Shown here piece after piece: positions 49,635 to 63,700 of a DNA stretch of 64,000 nt. Below the pieces are notes generated by a model that was given only the letters and a program-made list of their open reading frames with translations, was not told the DNA's origin and ran no database searches. Source of the DNA: Mobula birostris (Eukaryota); NCBI RefSeq assembly GCF_030028105.1, contig NC_092370.1:176586647-176650646 (forward strand). The letters are read 5' to 3'. The first letter of the stretch is position 1; every line of letters begins with the position of its first letter. The position numbers and the translations under genes were made by a program.

Positions 49635-52390
49635 TAAAGGACGGCTGCCACTGGGAGTTGAATGTCCAAGCATATACGGTGTATCGGAAAGATAGGTTAG
49701 TAGGCAGAGGGGATGGTGTGGCCCTATGTATAAGAAATAATATTAAATCATTAGAAAGGGATGACATAGGATCGGAAGGTGTAGAATCTCTATGGGTTGA
49801 GTTAAGAAATGGCAAGGGTAAAAGGCAGTTGTATACAAGTCTCCAAACAGCAGCTGGGATGTGGATTACAAATTACAGCAGGAGATAGAAAAGGCATGTC
49901 AGAAGGGCAATGTCATGATAATTGTTGGGGATTTTAACATGAAAGTGGATTGGGAAAACCAGGCCAGTACTGGACCTCAAGAGAGAGAATTTGTAAAATG
50001 TCTAAGGGATGGCTGTTTAGAACAGCTTGTTGTTGAGCCCTCTAGGAGATTGGCTGTGCTGGATTGGGTGTTGTGCAATGATCCAGAAGTGATAAGAGAG
50101 CCTAAGGTTAAGAAACCCTTAGGGAACAGTGATCACAATATGTTCGAGTTCACTTGGAAATTTAAGAAGGAGAAACTAAATTCCAATGTGTCGGTATTTC
50201 AGTGGAATAAAAGAAATTACAATGGCATGAGAGGGGAACTAGCCAAGGTTGACTGGAAAGGGACACTAGCAGGAAGGACAGAAGAGCAGCAATGGCTGGA
50301 GTTTCTGCGAAAAATGGGAGAAGTGCAAGATAGATATATTCCAAATAAGAAGAAATTTTCAAATGGAAGAAGGACACTACTGTGGCTGACAAATGAAGTC
50401 AGAGCCAAAGTAAAAGCAAAAGAGAGGGCATACAAGGAAGCCAAAGCTAGTGGGAAGATAGTGGATCGAGAAGCTTTTAAAAACTTTCAGAATGAAACTA
50501 AGAAGGTCATTTGGAAGGAAAAGATGAATTATGAAAGGAAGCTGGTGAATAATATCAAAGAAGATACTGAAAGCTTTTTTAAGTATATGAAGGGTAAAAG
50601 AGAGTTGAGGGTAAATATAGGACCAATAGAAAATGATACTGGAGATATTGTAGTGAGAGATGCAGAGATGGGCAGAAGAACTGAATGCGTATTTTGCATC
50701 AGTCTTTACAGTGGATGACACCTGCAGTATATTGGACATTCAAGAGTGTCAAGGAAGTGAAGTATGTGCAGTAAAAATTATGACGAGAAGGTGCTCAGGA
50801 AGTTTAATGGTCTGAGGGTAGATAAATCTCCTGGACCTGATGGAATGCTCCCTCGGGTTCTGAAGGAAGTAGCTGGAGAGGTATTAACAATGATCTTTCA
50901 AGAATCGATAGATTCTGGCATTGTACTGGATGACTGGAAAATTACAAATGTTACTCCGCTATTTAAGAAGGGTGGGAAGCAGCAGAAAGGAAAATATAGA
51001 CCTGTTAGCCTGACATCAGTGGTTGGGAAGTTGTTGGAATCGATTGTTAGGGATGAGATTACGGAATACCTGGAGACACATGACAAGATAGGCCAAAGCC
51101 AGCATGGTTTCCTGAAAGGAAAATCCTGCCTGACTAACTTACTGCAATTTTCTTGAGGAAATTACAAGCAGTGTAGACAAAGGATATGCAGTAGACGTGG
51201 TGTACTTGGATTTTCAGAAGGCCTTTGAGAAGGTGTCGCACATGAGGCTGCTTAGCAAGATAAGAGCCCATGGAATTACAGGGAAGTTACTAGCATGGGT
51301 GGAGCATTGGCTGATCGGCAGAAAACAGAGAGTGGGAATAAAGGGATCTTATTCCGGCAGGCTGCCGGTTACCAGTGGAGTTCCACAGGGGTCGGTGTTG
51401 GGACTGCTGCTTTTTACGATGTATGTCAATGATTTGGACTATGGGATTAATGGATTTGTGGCTAACTTTGCCAATAATACAAAAATAGGTGGAGGAGTGG
51501 GTAGTGTTGAGGAAACAGAGAGCCTGCAGAAAGACTTGGATAGTTTAGGGGAATGGGAAAGAAGTGGCAAATGAAATACAATGTTGGAAAGTGTATGGTC
51601 ATACACTTTGGTGGAAGAAATAAATGGGCAGATTATTATTTAGATGGGGAGAGAATTCAAAATGCAGAGATGCAAAGGAACTTGGGAGTCCTTGTGCAGG
51701 ATACCCTAAAGGTTAACCTCCAAGTTGAGTCCGTGGAGAAGAAGGTGAATGCAATATTGGCATTCATTTCTAGAGGTATAGAATATAAGTGCAGGGATGT
51801 GATGTGAGGCTCTATAAGGTACTTGTGAGACCACACTTGGAGCATTGTGTGCAGTTTTGGGCTCCTTACTTTAGAAAGGATATACTGATATTGGAGAGGG
51901 TTCAGAGAAGATTCACAAGAATGATTCCAGGAATGAAAGGGTTACCGTATGAGGAACGTCTGGCAGCTCTTGGGCTGTATTCCCTGGAGTTCAGGAGAAT
52001 GAGGGGGGCTCTCATAGAAATATTCCAAATGTTAAAAGGCCTGAACAGATTAGATATGGTAAAGTTATTTCCCATGGTAGGGGAGTCAAAGACATGAGGA
52101 CATGACTTCAGGATTGAAGGACGTCCATTTAGAACTGAGCTGCAGAGAAATTACTTTAGTCAGAGGGTAGTAAATCTGTGTAATTTGTTGCCACACGCGA
52201 TTAAAGTCATTGGGTGCATTTAAGGCAGAGATAGATAGGTTCTTGATTAGCCAGGGCATCAAAGGGTAGGGGGAGTGGGGAATGACTGGAAGAATTGGAT
52301 CATCCCATGGTTGAATGGTAGAGCAGACACAATGGGCTGAATGGCCTGCTTTTGCTCCAATATCTTATGGTCTTGTGGTCTTACGGTCTA
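49635..52390 (+). mobile_element. CR1 LINE ORF2 (endonuclease + RT), frameshifted, with 3' tail
   Basis: IVGDFN, LDWVL, SDHN, KSPGPDG, YRPVSLTS, SQHGF, SGVPQGSVLG, VRPHLE..VQFW; (tcttatgg)n-like tail at 52363-52388. Confidence 0.95.
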
Positions 52391-54029
52391 ACAGTAAAAT
52401 GTTAAAATCTATTGGTTAGTTACCGAATGAAGTTACAACGTTTAACTTTGGACATCATTATTTAAAGAAAATGAGAAGGCTTGTTGTCCTTGAAACAAAG
52501 AAAGTTGTTGAGGTTTTATAAACAAAGAGGGTTTTTATATATGAAATAAGCTTGGCTGATCTGGTGAGTGATGAATCAACTAGAAATGTTGCATTTAATA
52601 ATCACAGGGGAAGTAAGGAGATTTTTTCCCCCTTTGGTTAGCATGTTCAGGATTTGGAACACCGCTGGAAAAGAGAGTTATTCAGGCATTTTAAGATGAG
52701 GATAAGACTTATGGACAAAAATGCACTTGTGGACCATGCATGACTGCTTTTTCAAAATAAACCGAATGAGCACAATTGGGTCAAATGGCCTCTTCTAACC
52801 TTGTTGCAGGTGTGATTACCTACAATAATCTGATCTCTTTGAATTTTTCACCAAGAGAAGTTGAAAGGTAGAGGCACACATTGTATAACAGCTAATGATC
52901 ATAACAAAAAAAAAATCACAATCCAGACTATCCGTGAATACCAGTACAAACAACCCTAATAATTTAGGCTGTACAACTGGGATGAATGATAAGAAGCAGT
53001 AAAGCATATTTCTCATCATGAAAATGTGACTTTCTTGGATCCATCTGGATTATTGTGTCTGATGATAATCCACAATACTGGTGGAGAATATTGAATTAGG
53101 CCTAAAGTTCAGGGTGTGTCACTTGATTAATGGCTGTCTTAAGGACCTTTAGAAATCATGGTTGACTTGGAAAGTTAGAATTTCTTTTGAAAGCTGTGGG
53201 AAAGTATACTCTTTATGAGAATATGATTGAGCTTTAGCATAATGGAGGATAAGAAGCTATCCAAATAGATAGGTTACCAAATTTGACAGGCAATGGAAAA
53301 CTTAAGAGTGGGGAATATATTCAACAAATGAAAGGAATTATTTTGATGCCAGTGAGAAATTCATTTTGCAGTGGGATGTTAATCTCTGGAATACATTAGC
53401 AGTATGTGCAATGAATGTTTGTTCACCGTATGGCAAGATTGCCTAATGAATTGCAATGAATGAAAGATATTTTGAGTCTTAAAGGTGGGTGCATTAGTTT
53501 GTCTTGTAATTGCTATCCTGATACATGTTCAATTTGCTAAGGGAACAGAGAGCCATTTCTCAGCTGATTTTCTAAAATTAGCCTGATATTTTTTTCTCAT
53601 TCCTTGCATTTCAAGTGCCTCTACAATACATCCCATTAGATTCGGACAGCTTCTTCTCTTCCTTGTTCTTCCTTATATGCAATATTTAAGATGTTGTATT
53701 TGTTAGTACATTTGTACCTCACTGGCAAACTAAATCTGGTTTTGATTGTGACGTCCATGCATTAAGATGAAAAAAATATTTTTTGTAGAATGCTCTTTGA
53801 CCTGATATTATGAAAATGAATAATGCAATCATTGAATAGAAGGAGCAGATGTATATTTTTAGGTTTACATATTTACAGTCATAGGTCTACTACCTTTGTA
53901 AAACAACATCACATTCACAACAAAATATCAATTGTTTGCAGACATTTTGAAATAGGGTAAATTATTTAAATAAACACAAGCAGCCTCACACTTCTTTAGT
54001 GATACATCAACCTTACTCAACCCATTATA

Positions 54030-54272
54030 TGCAAACAACAGGAATTCTGCAGATGCTGGAAATTCAAGCAACACACATCAAAGTTGCTGGTGAACGCAGC
54101 AGGCCAGGCAGCATCTCTAGGAAGAGGTACAGTCGACGTTTCAGGCCGAGACCCTCCGTCAGAACTAACGTTAGTTCTGACGAAGGGTCTCGGCCTGAAA
54201 TGTCGACTGTACCTCTTCCTAGAGATGCTGCCTGGCCTGTTGTGTTCACCAGCAACTTTGATGTGTGTTGCT
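54030..54272. mobile_element. Inverted dimer of Penelope pLTR fragments (206-bp palindrome, two hammerheads)
   Basis: 54067-54272 is self-complementary about 54169/54170 with no spacer; 14-bp TSD ctcaa(c/t)ccattata at 54016-54029 and 54271-54284. Confidence 0.92.
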
Positions 54273-55984
54273 CAATCCATTATACAATGGGTTTTCTGCT
54301 CAAATCACCAAGAATGTCTATGACTTACTCTGTAGTTATGTCCTAGCTCCATTGTTCAGAGATTTGTGAGCAAGGAACTTAGTTATTATTCCCAGAATGA
54401 ATATAACTGCAGGTATCAGGTTGGCTGTGGGAATAGGAAGAAAGTAATTTACTGCTGTCTCTTCATTTAATGTCAGCATGAATCTGGGAATTGGTTTGAG
54501 GTGGAGATCGTTACCCTGGGACATTAAAATGTGCAAATCTAAAGGAAAATATTTTTCTTGTTTGAAAAAGCCAGAGCTTATATATTTGGCAAAATCTCTG
54601 TTTTCCAATTAGCCAATAGCAATGTATCTTTAGCATCTTTTATTGCTAGTTCTAAGCTTAGGTTATACATGGATGATTTAGACAAAGGATGCTGTGGTAT
54701 CTGTCAAAAAAGGTTCAGACATAGTTTTAACACTAATTAGTATTATTCTAGTTGAGAACAGTTGAAATTCTTCTGAGAATCTGAGGAACTGTTGTGATGT
54801 GTAAGTATAATCGCTGTGGATTTACTGCAGCTTTGGTTCAATGTTGTTAGCTTTATAAGTACATGAATTGTTTTGATTGTGGGAGGTGTAAAGTTGAAGA
54901 AGGTGCCAAAATGCTGCTACTATTTAGAATAACAAGCTATAAACCAGAGGATTATGAATTAAGAAAACACTAAGTTAAATGGTACTAAGTACAGTATAAG
55001 ATATTGTACAGTTTGTCACATACGTCATTACCTATTCTTCCTTTCACAGGTCGCATTGAAACTATGAAAAATAATCCCGAAGAATATAGCAACACAAAAG
55101 CTATGAAAATGTAGAATGCAAATAGTAGTTTTCAAGGAAAAATCCTGAAATATTAGAAAGGTATTGAGATTGTTCACTTGTAGATTAATGGAGGTTTGGG
55201 ATTCATCACATGGAAGTATGGTGGAGCAGAAATCCCACATTTAAAATGGATCTGGATAAATACTTGAAAAATCATAGTCTTCAAGGCTCTAGATTGAGCA
55301 TTGAAAAAGAAGAATAACTAAAATTGCTAAAATTTTGGCTGCTATTGACCTGATTGGTTGAATTGCTTCCTTCCATATCATAATCTTTAATGATTCAATG
55401 TTTTCCATTATCATATGCAGAATAAATGTAGTTGTCTTATTGATAGCTTTATTCTTATGATATAAGGACACTTAAAGGAGGGAAAGTTGGTGAAAGTTTG
55501 ACTTTATAACAAATTAAAATGCCGTAGATAATAACATGGCAGAACAGGCGGCCTGACCTATTCCAGTTTCCATGAAAATAGACCTTTATCTTTCACAAGT
55601 TACAGTGGAATCATACTGATTTTACCATTGCTACTTTCCATTATTTTTAAATGTTTGTTTGAAAATATTGACAAAAACAAATCCTACCAGACTAACCCAC
55701 ATAGAAAAGTTAAAAATCATGAAATGAAAACCAGCTGAGCAGATGTATTATGTCTATTTATTTGTTCATGAAGTAATACTCCAGATGAGAGTAGTCAGTT
55801 ACTGTCTGGATGTTGTTAGTAAGCAAATGTTAGATGCGTTTTAAGAAGTCCTGCGAGTCAATGAATCTCGATGCTCCTTCATAAGCCAAAAATGACCAGG
55901 TGTATATTCATTCGTACATATCCTCCGTGAAGTACACTGTAACTGGGAGAATAAGCAGATGTAATATCTAGAAGGATGAGCCAG

Positions 55985-56160
55985 TACAAGAAGAAAGAGA
56001 AGGAGGAGGAGGATGAGGATGTGTACAAAGGCTCTCAACAGAAGGTCATGTACTGTATGCCCACAGTTTACAAAGAGCATTTTCCAACCTGAACCACAGA
56101 AGCCAACAATAGGACAGACCTTGCAATCAGTGGTGAGCACTTACAGCTCACTTAACCATG
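55985..56160 (+). mobile_element. Possible decayed PIF/Harbinger transposase N-terminus
   Basis: RRRR....ALNRR...(fs)VYKEHF.NL resembles the Arg-rich start of HARBI1-like transposases; weak. Confidence 0.25.
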
Positions 56161-56479
56161 ATAAAATCCCAAAATTACTTGAGACAATCATTCCAAAGGA
56201 AATTTGGAGAAAGTACTGGGAGAGTTCTCTAGGCTGAAGCCTTGCACAGAAAGGAGATTTATGTCATGACTTTGGCTAACCAAACTAATTCTTGTCTATA
56301 AAACAAGTAAAAAAATTATTGTTGGATATGTTTTATTCTCCGATTAAATTGGAACTGTATGACTTCAAAGTAATTGCAACATACTCGATTAGTTTTTATT
56401 CTTTGAGTTGTCCCAAATAATCAGCTGCTCCAAGAGAGAAGGTGTGCCAATCAGTGATAGACAATATGATTGTTGCAGT

Positions 56480-59365
56480 TGAATATCTAGCAATGTGTTT
56501 AAACTAGATGGGAACTGAACTGAAGAGACGGAGGGGTGGTTGGCTCACAAATAGAGAAAGCTTGGAGACAGTGCAAGAGGAAGGATAGGCAGGTGATGGA
56601 GAAGGGCTGCACTCAGACCAATTGTTTGAAGTGTCTATTTTAATGCAGGAAGCATCATGAACAAAGGGGAAGAGCTTAGAGCATAGATTAGTATTTGGAA
56701 CTATGATGTTGTGGACATTACAGAGACTTGGATGGCTCAGGGGCAGGAATGGTTACTTAGAGTGCCAGGCCTTAGATGTTTCAGAAAGGACAGGGAGGGA
56801 GGCAAAAGAGGTGGGGGAGTGGCACTGCTGCTCAGAGATAGTGTCACAGCTAAAGAAAAGGAGGAAGTCATGGAGGGTTTGTCTACTGAGTCTCTGTGGG
56901 TGGAAGTTTAGAAACAGGAAGGGATCAATAACTCTACTGGGTGTTTTTTAAAAACCACCCAATAGTAACAGGGACATCGAGGAGCAGATAGGGTGACAGA
57001 TTCTGGAAAGGTGTAATAATAACGGGGATGTCACGGTGGGAGATTTTAATTTTCCAAATAGAGCAAGGGGTTTAGATGAGGTGGAATTTGTTAGGTGTGT
57101 TCAGGAAAGTTTCCTGACACAATATGTAGATAAGCCTACAAGAGGAGAGGCTGTACTTGATCTGGTGTTGGGAAATGAACCTGGTCAGGTGTCAGGTCTC
57201 TCAGCGGGAGAACATTTTGGGGATAGTGATCACAATTCTATCTCCTTTACCTTAGCATTGGAGAGAGATAGGAACAGACAAGTTAGGAAAGTGTTTAATT
57301 GGAGTAAGGGGAAATATGAAGCTATCAGACAGGAACTTGGAAGCATAAACTGGGAACAAGTGTTCTCAGGGAAATGTATGGCAGAAATGTGGCAAATGTT
57401 CAGGAGATATTTGCATGGGATTCTGCATAGGTACATTCCAATGAGGCAGGGAAAGGATGGTAGGGTACAGGAACCATGGTGTACAAAGGCTGTTGAAAAT
57501 CTAGTCAAGAAGAAAAGAAAAGCTTACGAAAGGTATAACAAACTAGGTAATGATAGAGATCTAGAAGATTATAAGGCTAGCAGGAAGGAGCTAAGGAATG
57601 AAATTAGGAGAGCCAGAAGGGGCCATGAGAAGGCATTGGCAAACAGGATTAAGGAAAACCCCAAGGCATTCTTCAAGTATGTGAAGAGCAAGAGGATAAG
57701 GCATGAGAGAATAGGACCAACCAAGTGTGGCAGTGGAAAAGTGTGTATGGAACCGGTGGAGATAGCAGAGGTACTTAATGAATACTTTGCAACAGTATTC
57801 ACTACGGAAAAGGATCTTGGCGGTTGTAGAGATGACTTACAGCGGATTGAAAAGCTTGAGCATATAGACATTAAGAAAGAGGATGTGCTGGAGCTTTTGG
57901 AAAGCATCAAGTTGGATAAGTCTCCGTGACTGGACGAGATGTACCCCAGGCTACCGTGGGAGGTGAGGGAGGAGATTTCTGAGCCTCTGGCAATGATCTT
58001 TGCATCATCAATGGGGACGGAAGAGGTTCCGCAGGATTGGAGGTTTGTAGATGTTATTCCCTTGTTCAAGAAAGAGAGTAGACATAGCCCAGGAAATTAT
58101 AGACCAGTGAGTCTTACTTCAGTGGTTGGTAAGTTGATGGAGAGATCCTGAGAGACAGGATTTATGAACATTTGGAGAGGCATAATATGATTAGAAATAG
58201 TCAGCATGGCTTTGTCAAAGGCAGGTCGTGCCTTACGAGCCTGATTGAATTTTTTGAGGATGTGACTAAACATGTTGATGAAGGTAGAGTAGTAGATGTA
58301 GTGCATATGGATTTCAGCAAGGCACTTGATAAGATACCCCATGCAAGGCTTATTGAGAAAGTAAGGAGGCATGGGATCCAAGGGGATCTTGTTTTGTGGA
58401 TCCAGATTTGGCCTGCCCATAGAAGGCAGAGAGTAGTTATAGACAGGTCATAATTTGCAAGGAGGTTGGTGACCAGTGGTGTGCCTCAGGGTTCTGTTCT
58501 GGGACCCCCTTCTCTTCGTGGATTTTATAAATGATCTGTATGAGGAAGTGGAGGGATGGGTTAGTAAATTTGCTGATGACACAAAGGTTGGGGCTGTTAT
58601 GAGGGCTGTCAGAGGTTACAGTAGGACATTGATGGGATGAAAAACTGGGCTGAGAAGTGGCAGTTGGAGGTTAACCCAGATAAGTGTGAGGTGGTTCACT
58701 TTGGTAGGTCAAATATGATGGCAGAATATAGTATTAATGGTAAGACTCTTGGCAGTGTGGAGGATCAGAGGGATCTTGGGGTCTGAATCCATAGGGCACT
58801 CAAAGCTTCTGTGCAGGTTGACTCTGTGGTTAAAAAAACATACAGTGCATTGGCTTTCACCAACCATGGGATTGAGTTTAAGAGCTGAGAAGTAATGTTA
58901 CAGCTACATAGGACCCTGTTCAGACCCTACTTGGAGTACTGTGCTCATTTCAGGTCACCTCACTACAGAAATGATGTGGAAACTATAGGAAGGGTGCAGA
59001 GGAGATTTACAAGGATGTTCCCAGGATTGGGGAGCATACCTTATGGGAAGGGGTTGAGTGAATTCGGCCTTTTCTCCTTGGAGCGGCAGAGCATAAGAGG
59101 CGACCTGATAGAGGTGTATAAGATGATGAGAGGCATTGATCATGTGGATAGTCAGAGGCTTTTTCCCAGGGCTGAAATGGCTAACACGAGAGGGTACAGT
59201 TTTAAGGTGCTTGAAAGTAGGTACAGAGGAGATGTCAGGGCTAAGTTTTTTACGCAGAGAGTGGTGAGTGCGTGGGGTAGGCTGCCAGCGATGGTGGTGG
59301 AGGTGGATACAATAGGGTCTCTTAAGAGACTCCTGGACAGGTACATGGAGCTTAGAAAAACAGAG
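56480..59365 (+). mobile_element. CR1 LINE ORF2, near complete, disrupted; 3' end cut by L1
   Basis: ITETW, RGGGVAL, GDFN, SDHN, IKENPKAFF, SQHGF, KFADDTK, RPYLEYC, LRGDLIEVYK-like motifs. Confidence 0.95.
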
Positions 59366-59503
59366 GGGGGTGTCACGTGGGGTCTTGGTATGGAGTGGAC
59401 GTGTGTCCCGGGAGCTGCACCTACCTTCACCTTTACCTCACCCAAACAGCAGTTAATTCTTATCTTTTAAGAGACTGAAGTGAGCTGTAACGGGCTGAAT
59501 GAA

Positions 59504-60376
59504 ATGACGAAGCCAGGTAAAGGGAAGAAACAAGAAAAGGGTGCACGAGAAGAAGATCCTGACGAGGGCTCCGTGAAGCTAGTGGGCCCAGGAGAAGCTA
59601 AAGCCAATGCTGCTGGGGCCCCGGTCCCAACTACCGTTGAAGAAGTCCTTGTGGCAGTAAACAAACTGTACAGTTTGGTAGACGGAAGACATGCAGAGCA
59701 TAGTAAGTCAATCATGAACCTAACAGCGGCTCTAACTGAAGTCAGTAAGCATGTTTCTTTAATGGAGGATACTGCCAAATCGTATGAGAGGCGAATTGAT
59801 GAGTTGGAGAGGCGGCTTGAAAGCCTAATATCCCAAAACACACAGCTACAGGCTAAGTTGGATGACCTTGAAGCTCGGTCTCACCGTCAAAACATTCGCA
59901 TTATCGGGGTTCCGGAGAAAGCCGAAAACAATATGCCGACAGAATTTGTAGCCACGTTGCTTCCGAAGTTGCTGGGGGAAGAACGTTTCCACCAGCCGAT
60001 TGAAGTGGACCATGCCTACTGGAGCCTAGCACCTGCTGAAAATGGTAGGCCAAGAGCCATTATTGCGAGGCTACACCACTACCAGGTTAAAGAGCTGGTG
60101 CTACGATTGTCCAGGGAGAGAGCTCCGCTGCTATATGACGGGCGCCTGGTGTTCATTTACCCGGATTTAACCTCGGCTACCATGAGGAAATGTCAAGATT
60201 TTCAGCACATTAAGGAGAAATGCAAAGCCAGGAAAATTAGGTGTGGATTCCAGTATCTGGAGAGGTTTGTGGTTACAGTTAACAACACCACCAGTACATT
60301 CAGCACTGCAGCTGTAGCGGAGGAGTTCCTGAGCCGAGAAGTTAAAGGTTGGCATTTGGACACCGTATCAACTTAA
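59504..60376 (+). CDS. L1 ORF1p (coiled coil, RRM, CTD), open reading frame intact, 290 aa
   Basis: Uninterrupted ORF from ATG 59504 with NIRIIGVPE, PRAIIARL and IYPDL motifs. Confidence 0.85.
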   Translation: MTKPGKGKKQEKGAREEDPDEGSVKLVGPGEAKANAAGAPVPTTVEEVLVAVNKLYSLVDGRHAEHSKSIMNLTAALTEVSKHVSLMEDTAKSYERRIDELERRLESLISQNTQLQAKLDDLEARSHRQNIRIIGVPEKAENNMPTEFVATLLPKLLGEERFHQPIEVDHAYWSLAPAENGRPRAIIARLHHYQVKELVLRLSRERAPLLYDGRLVFIYPDLTSATMRKCQDFQHIKEKCKARKIRCGFQYLERFVVTVNNTTSTFSTAAVAEEFLSREVKGWHLDTVST

Positions 60377-60789
60377 AAATGGATTAACACTGGGTTACTG
60401 GATTTGTCGTTGATCGATGGCAGCTTCATCTGGAGACTGTTTGTTAGTTCAGCGCATGAGGAACTGAAAAATAAGCTCACTCTAAGATGTGGGTGAGGAC
60501 TAATTGTTATTGTTTATTTTTATATTTCATAGTGTATTTGTGAAGAGGTGTTTCTCCCGTGTTTAGTGAGTAATGGGTAGTTATCTCACTATTCTGGGCC
60601 ATGTGTTGGCTCTTGGATATAGCTTTGACTCTAGGTTAGGGGTATGGAAGTACTACTCCTGGTGTGTTTTTATTTTTGGGAGGGTACTTTGTGTTTCTCA
60701 AGGGGTTGTTACAGCACATCTATTTGTTCTAGTTACAGTTTGTGTTATGCCACGACCATACAGCATATTTTTTTTGTTAAGCAGCAGAT

Positions 60790-63700
60790 ATGACATCTAA
60801 TTCGCATATGCACAGCATTGGTGAGACTAAACTTGTCAGCTGGAATGTACGGGGAATGAATAGTCCACTGAAGAGAGGGAAGGTGTATGCATATTCTCGT
60901 ACACTCAAAGCTGATATTTGTTTTCTCCAAGAAACGCACATTAAGAAAACAGCAGCGTGAATTTGGAGAAAATTAGAAGCAATCTTTATGACTCCTCATT
61001 TAAATTTGAACAGAACTGGAGATCTTTTATTCAATATTTTCATTTAATGTAATATATACCCTTCTTGTTTTTTTTTACTGTTTTTTATGGAGGTCGGGAT
61101 TGAGGACGTGATTTTAAGTTTTTTTAACTCTGTTTGGTTTCAAGTTAGCCCATTGCTTTGCTTTGCTTTTAGTTAGTTGCATGGTGGGTTTTTTTTGGGT
61201 TTTTTATTTCCTTTTCTCTATTGATATATATATAAAAATTAGTATACTATTATGTCACCTTGGTACGTTATGTTTAAATTACATTGTTTGTATTTTTTTT
61301 GTATTAATATCTCCTGTAATTTTATTATATTCTAACAGTGTATTAGTGCCTATATGGCTTACCTTTTTGTATACTTATTCAATAAAAAGATTTAAAAAGA
61401 AAGAAGAAAACAGCAGCGAAAGTGCTTTGTCCCTCCTGAGCATCTCAGGTCTACTAGTTGAACTTTAGTACTAAAACTAGCAGTGTTGCAATCCTAATAA
61501 AAAGACCATACCGTTTATTCATACATAAACTATCACTGACCAGATGGGCAGATATGTAATAGTAAGTGGAATATTAAATTCTATACCATTGACACTAGTG
61601 AACGTGTACGGGCCCAACTTTGATGATCCAATTCTTTATTCAGAACCTCTTTAAGGCCATACCTAATCTGTCTGACTATAACATAATTGTAGGTGGAGAC
61701 TTGCATCTTAAACTCCCTACTAGATAGACAACGTCCCCAAGTTTGTTCACTTAAAAATAGTGTAACACTTGATAATCTCATGCAATTGTATAACATGGTG
61801 GATATTTGGAGGCTTCTTAATCCCATGAAGAAGGATTTTTCATATTTCTCTGCAGCATATAAATCTTACTCTAGGATTGATTATTTTCTGTTAGATTCGA
61901 AATTGGTCTCGTCAGTAGTCGGTTGCACTTGCCATAATATACTTATATCGGATCATGCTCCTGTCTCCCTTATACTCAAATTGAACGACAAAAGAGGTGA
62001 ATATAGTTGGCGTTTAAATAATGCTTTGCTAAAGGATAAGGATTTTTTCTCTTATCTTTCAGATAAGATAGATCTATACTTAAGCACCAATGATGTGGGC
62101 GCTGTTGATGATTCCACTCTTTGGGAGGCCATGAAGGCGGTTATTAGAGGTTACATAACATCATATGAGACAGCGGAAAAAAGGACATTCAAGAAAAGGT
62201 TAACTGAAGTAGATGATCAGTTGGCAAATCTGGAAGCTTCTTACAAAATAAACCAGGAAGCAGAACTACTTAGTAAGATTACTGCCTTATGGTATGAGTA
62301 TAGTTCTATAATGTCCAAGAGTGTTTCAAAACTACTGACACAAGTCAGACAGAGGTATTTTGAGCTTAGTGAAAAGCCCCATAAGTTATTAGCCCGCCAG
62401 TTAAGACAGATGCAGGCCTCCAGGGCCATATATCATATAAAGGCGAAAGATGGCTTTTTATTGGCAGACCCGGAAAAAATTAATAAGTGTTTTGCGGAGT
62501 TCTATGCTAATATTTACCAATCACAAGGCAGTCTGGACGTTGAAGCTATGGAAGCATTTTTTGATAATCTGAATCTGCCCACACTGTCAACAGATTCAGT
62601 AAATACACTTGATGCTGATAAAAGCCTAGATGAGATCAAGAAGGTCATCTCTTCCCTCCCCAATAATAAGGCAGCGGGTCCGGATGGTTTTAGCATGGAA
62701 TTCTTCAAAGTATTTGGTCCAAAATTGTCACCTCTGCTCTTACGAATGTTGAATCACTCTAGGACAGCTTCCAGATTGCCACCCACTTTATGTAAAGCCA
62801 ATGTTTCTCTGATTCCAAAACCCGGCCATGATGCCGAGGTGGTTTCATCATATCGCCCCATTTCGCTGCTGCCCATTGAAACCAAAATTCTTGGGGAAGT
62901 CCTGGCCAATAGGTTAAAATAATGTGTTTGTTCTATTATTCATCCAGATCAAACTGGCTTTATGCCAGGTAGACATATGTATTTCAATTTGCATCATCAT
63001 TTCAATATTTTGTATACAAAACATGCAGAAGAGGCTGTAGTCATTTCATTAGATGTGCAAAGTGCGTTTGACCAAGTGGAATGGCCATATATGATGTTTG
63101 CACTTAAGAAGTTTGGATTTGGACCATCTTTCATTAAATGGATTGAGATAATTTATTCACACCCATCTGCTTCTATTATCACTATTCAGAATATTTCCTC
63201 CCCTTTTACAATTTATCATGGGACTCGTCAAGGCTGCCCCTTTTCTCCATTTTTGTTTGCAGTTATCATTGAGCCACTGGCTGTTAGCATCCGACAGGAC
63301 CTTTTGATATCTCCCATTGATATGCATGGGCATAAACATCACCTTTTGTTATATGCTGATGATATCCTTTTATATATCTCCAGCCCACAATCATCAATAC
63401 CCGCCCTTCTGAGTCTAATTAATAATCTTGGTAGTTTCTCAGATTTCTCTATCAATTGGGAAAAGAGTGAACTAACGTCAGTCACTGCAGTGGTTAATAC
63501 AGCATATTTACAGTCCATTCCCTTTAAAATAACTTACGATAATTTTTCCTATCTTGATGTGACTATTACAAAAAACCCAGATGATCTTTTGCAAGTGAAT
63601 TGGCGAAACAAATTTGAGCAGGTTAAATGCAATATTGACGTTTGGAAAACCCTTCCAATTTCTTTGGTGGGGAGGGTTAACACAATCAAGATGATTGTAC

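Noticed and set aside
53999-54346. Mirror-image ORFs on both strands (MLVNAAGQAASLGRG…)
   Set aside because: A consequence of the pLTR palindrome, not genes.
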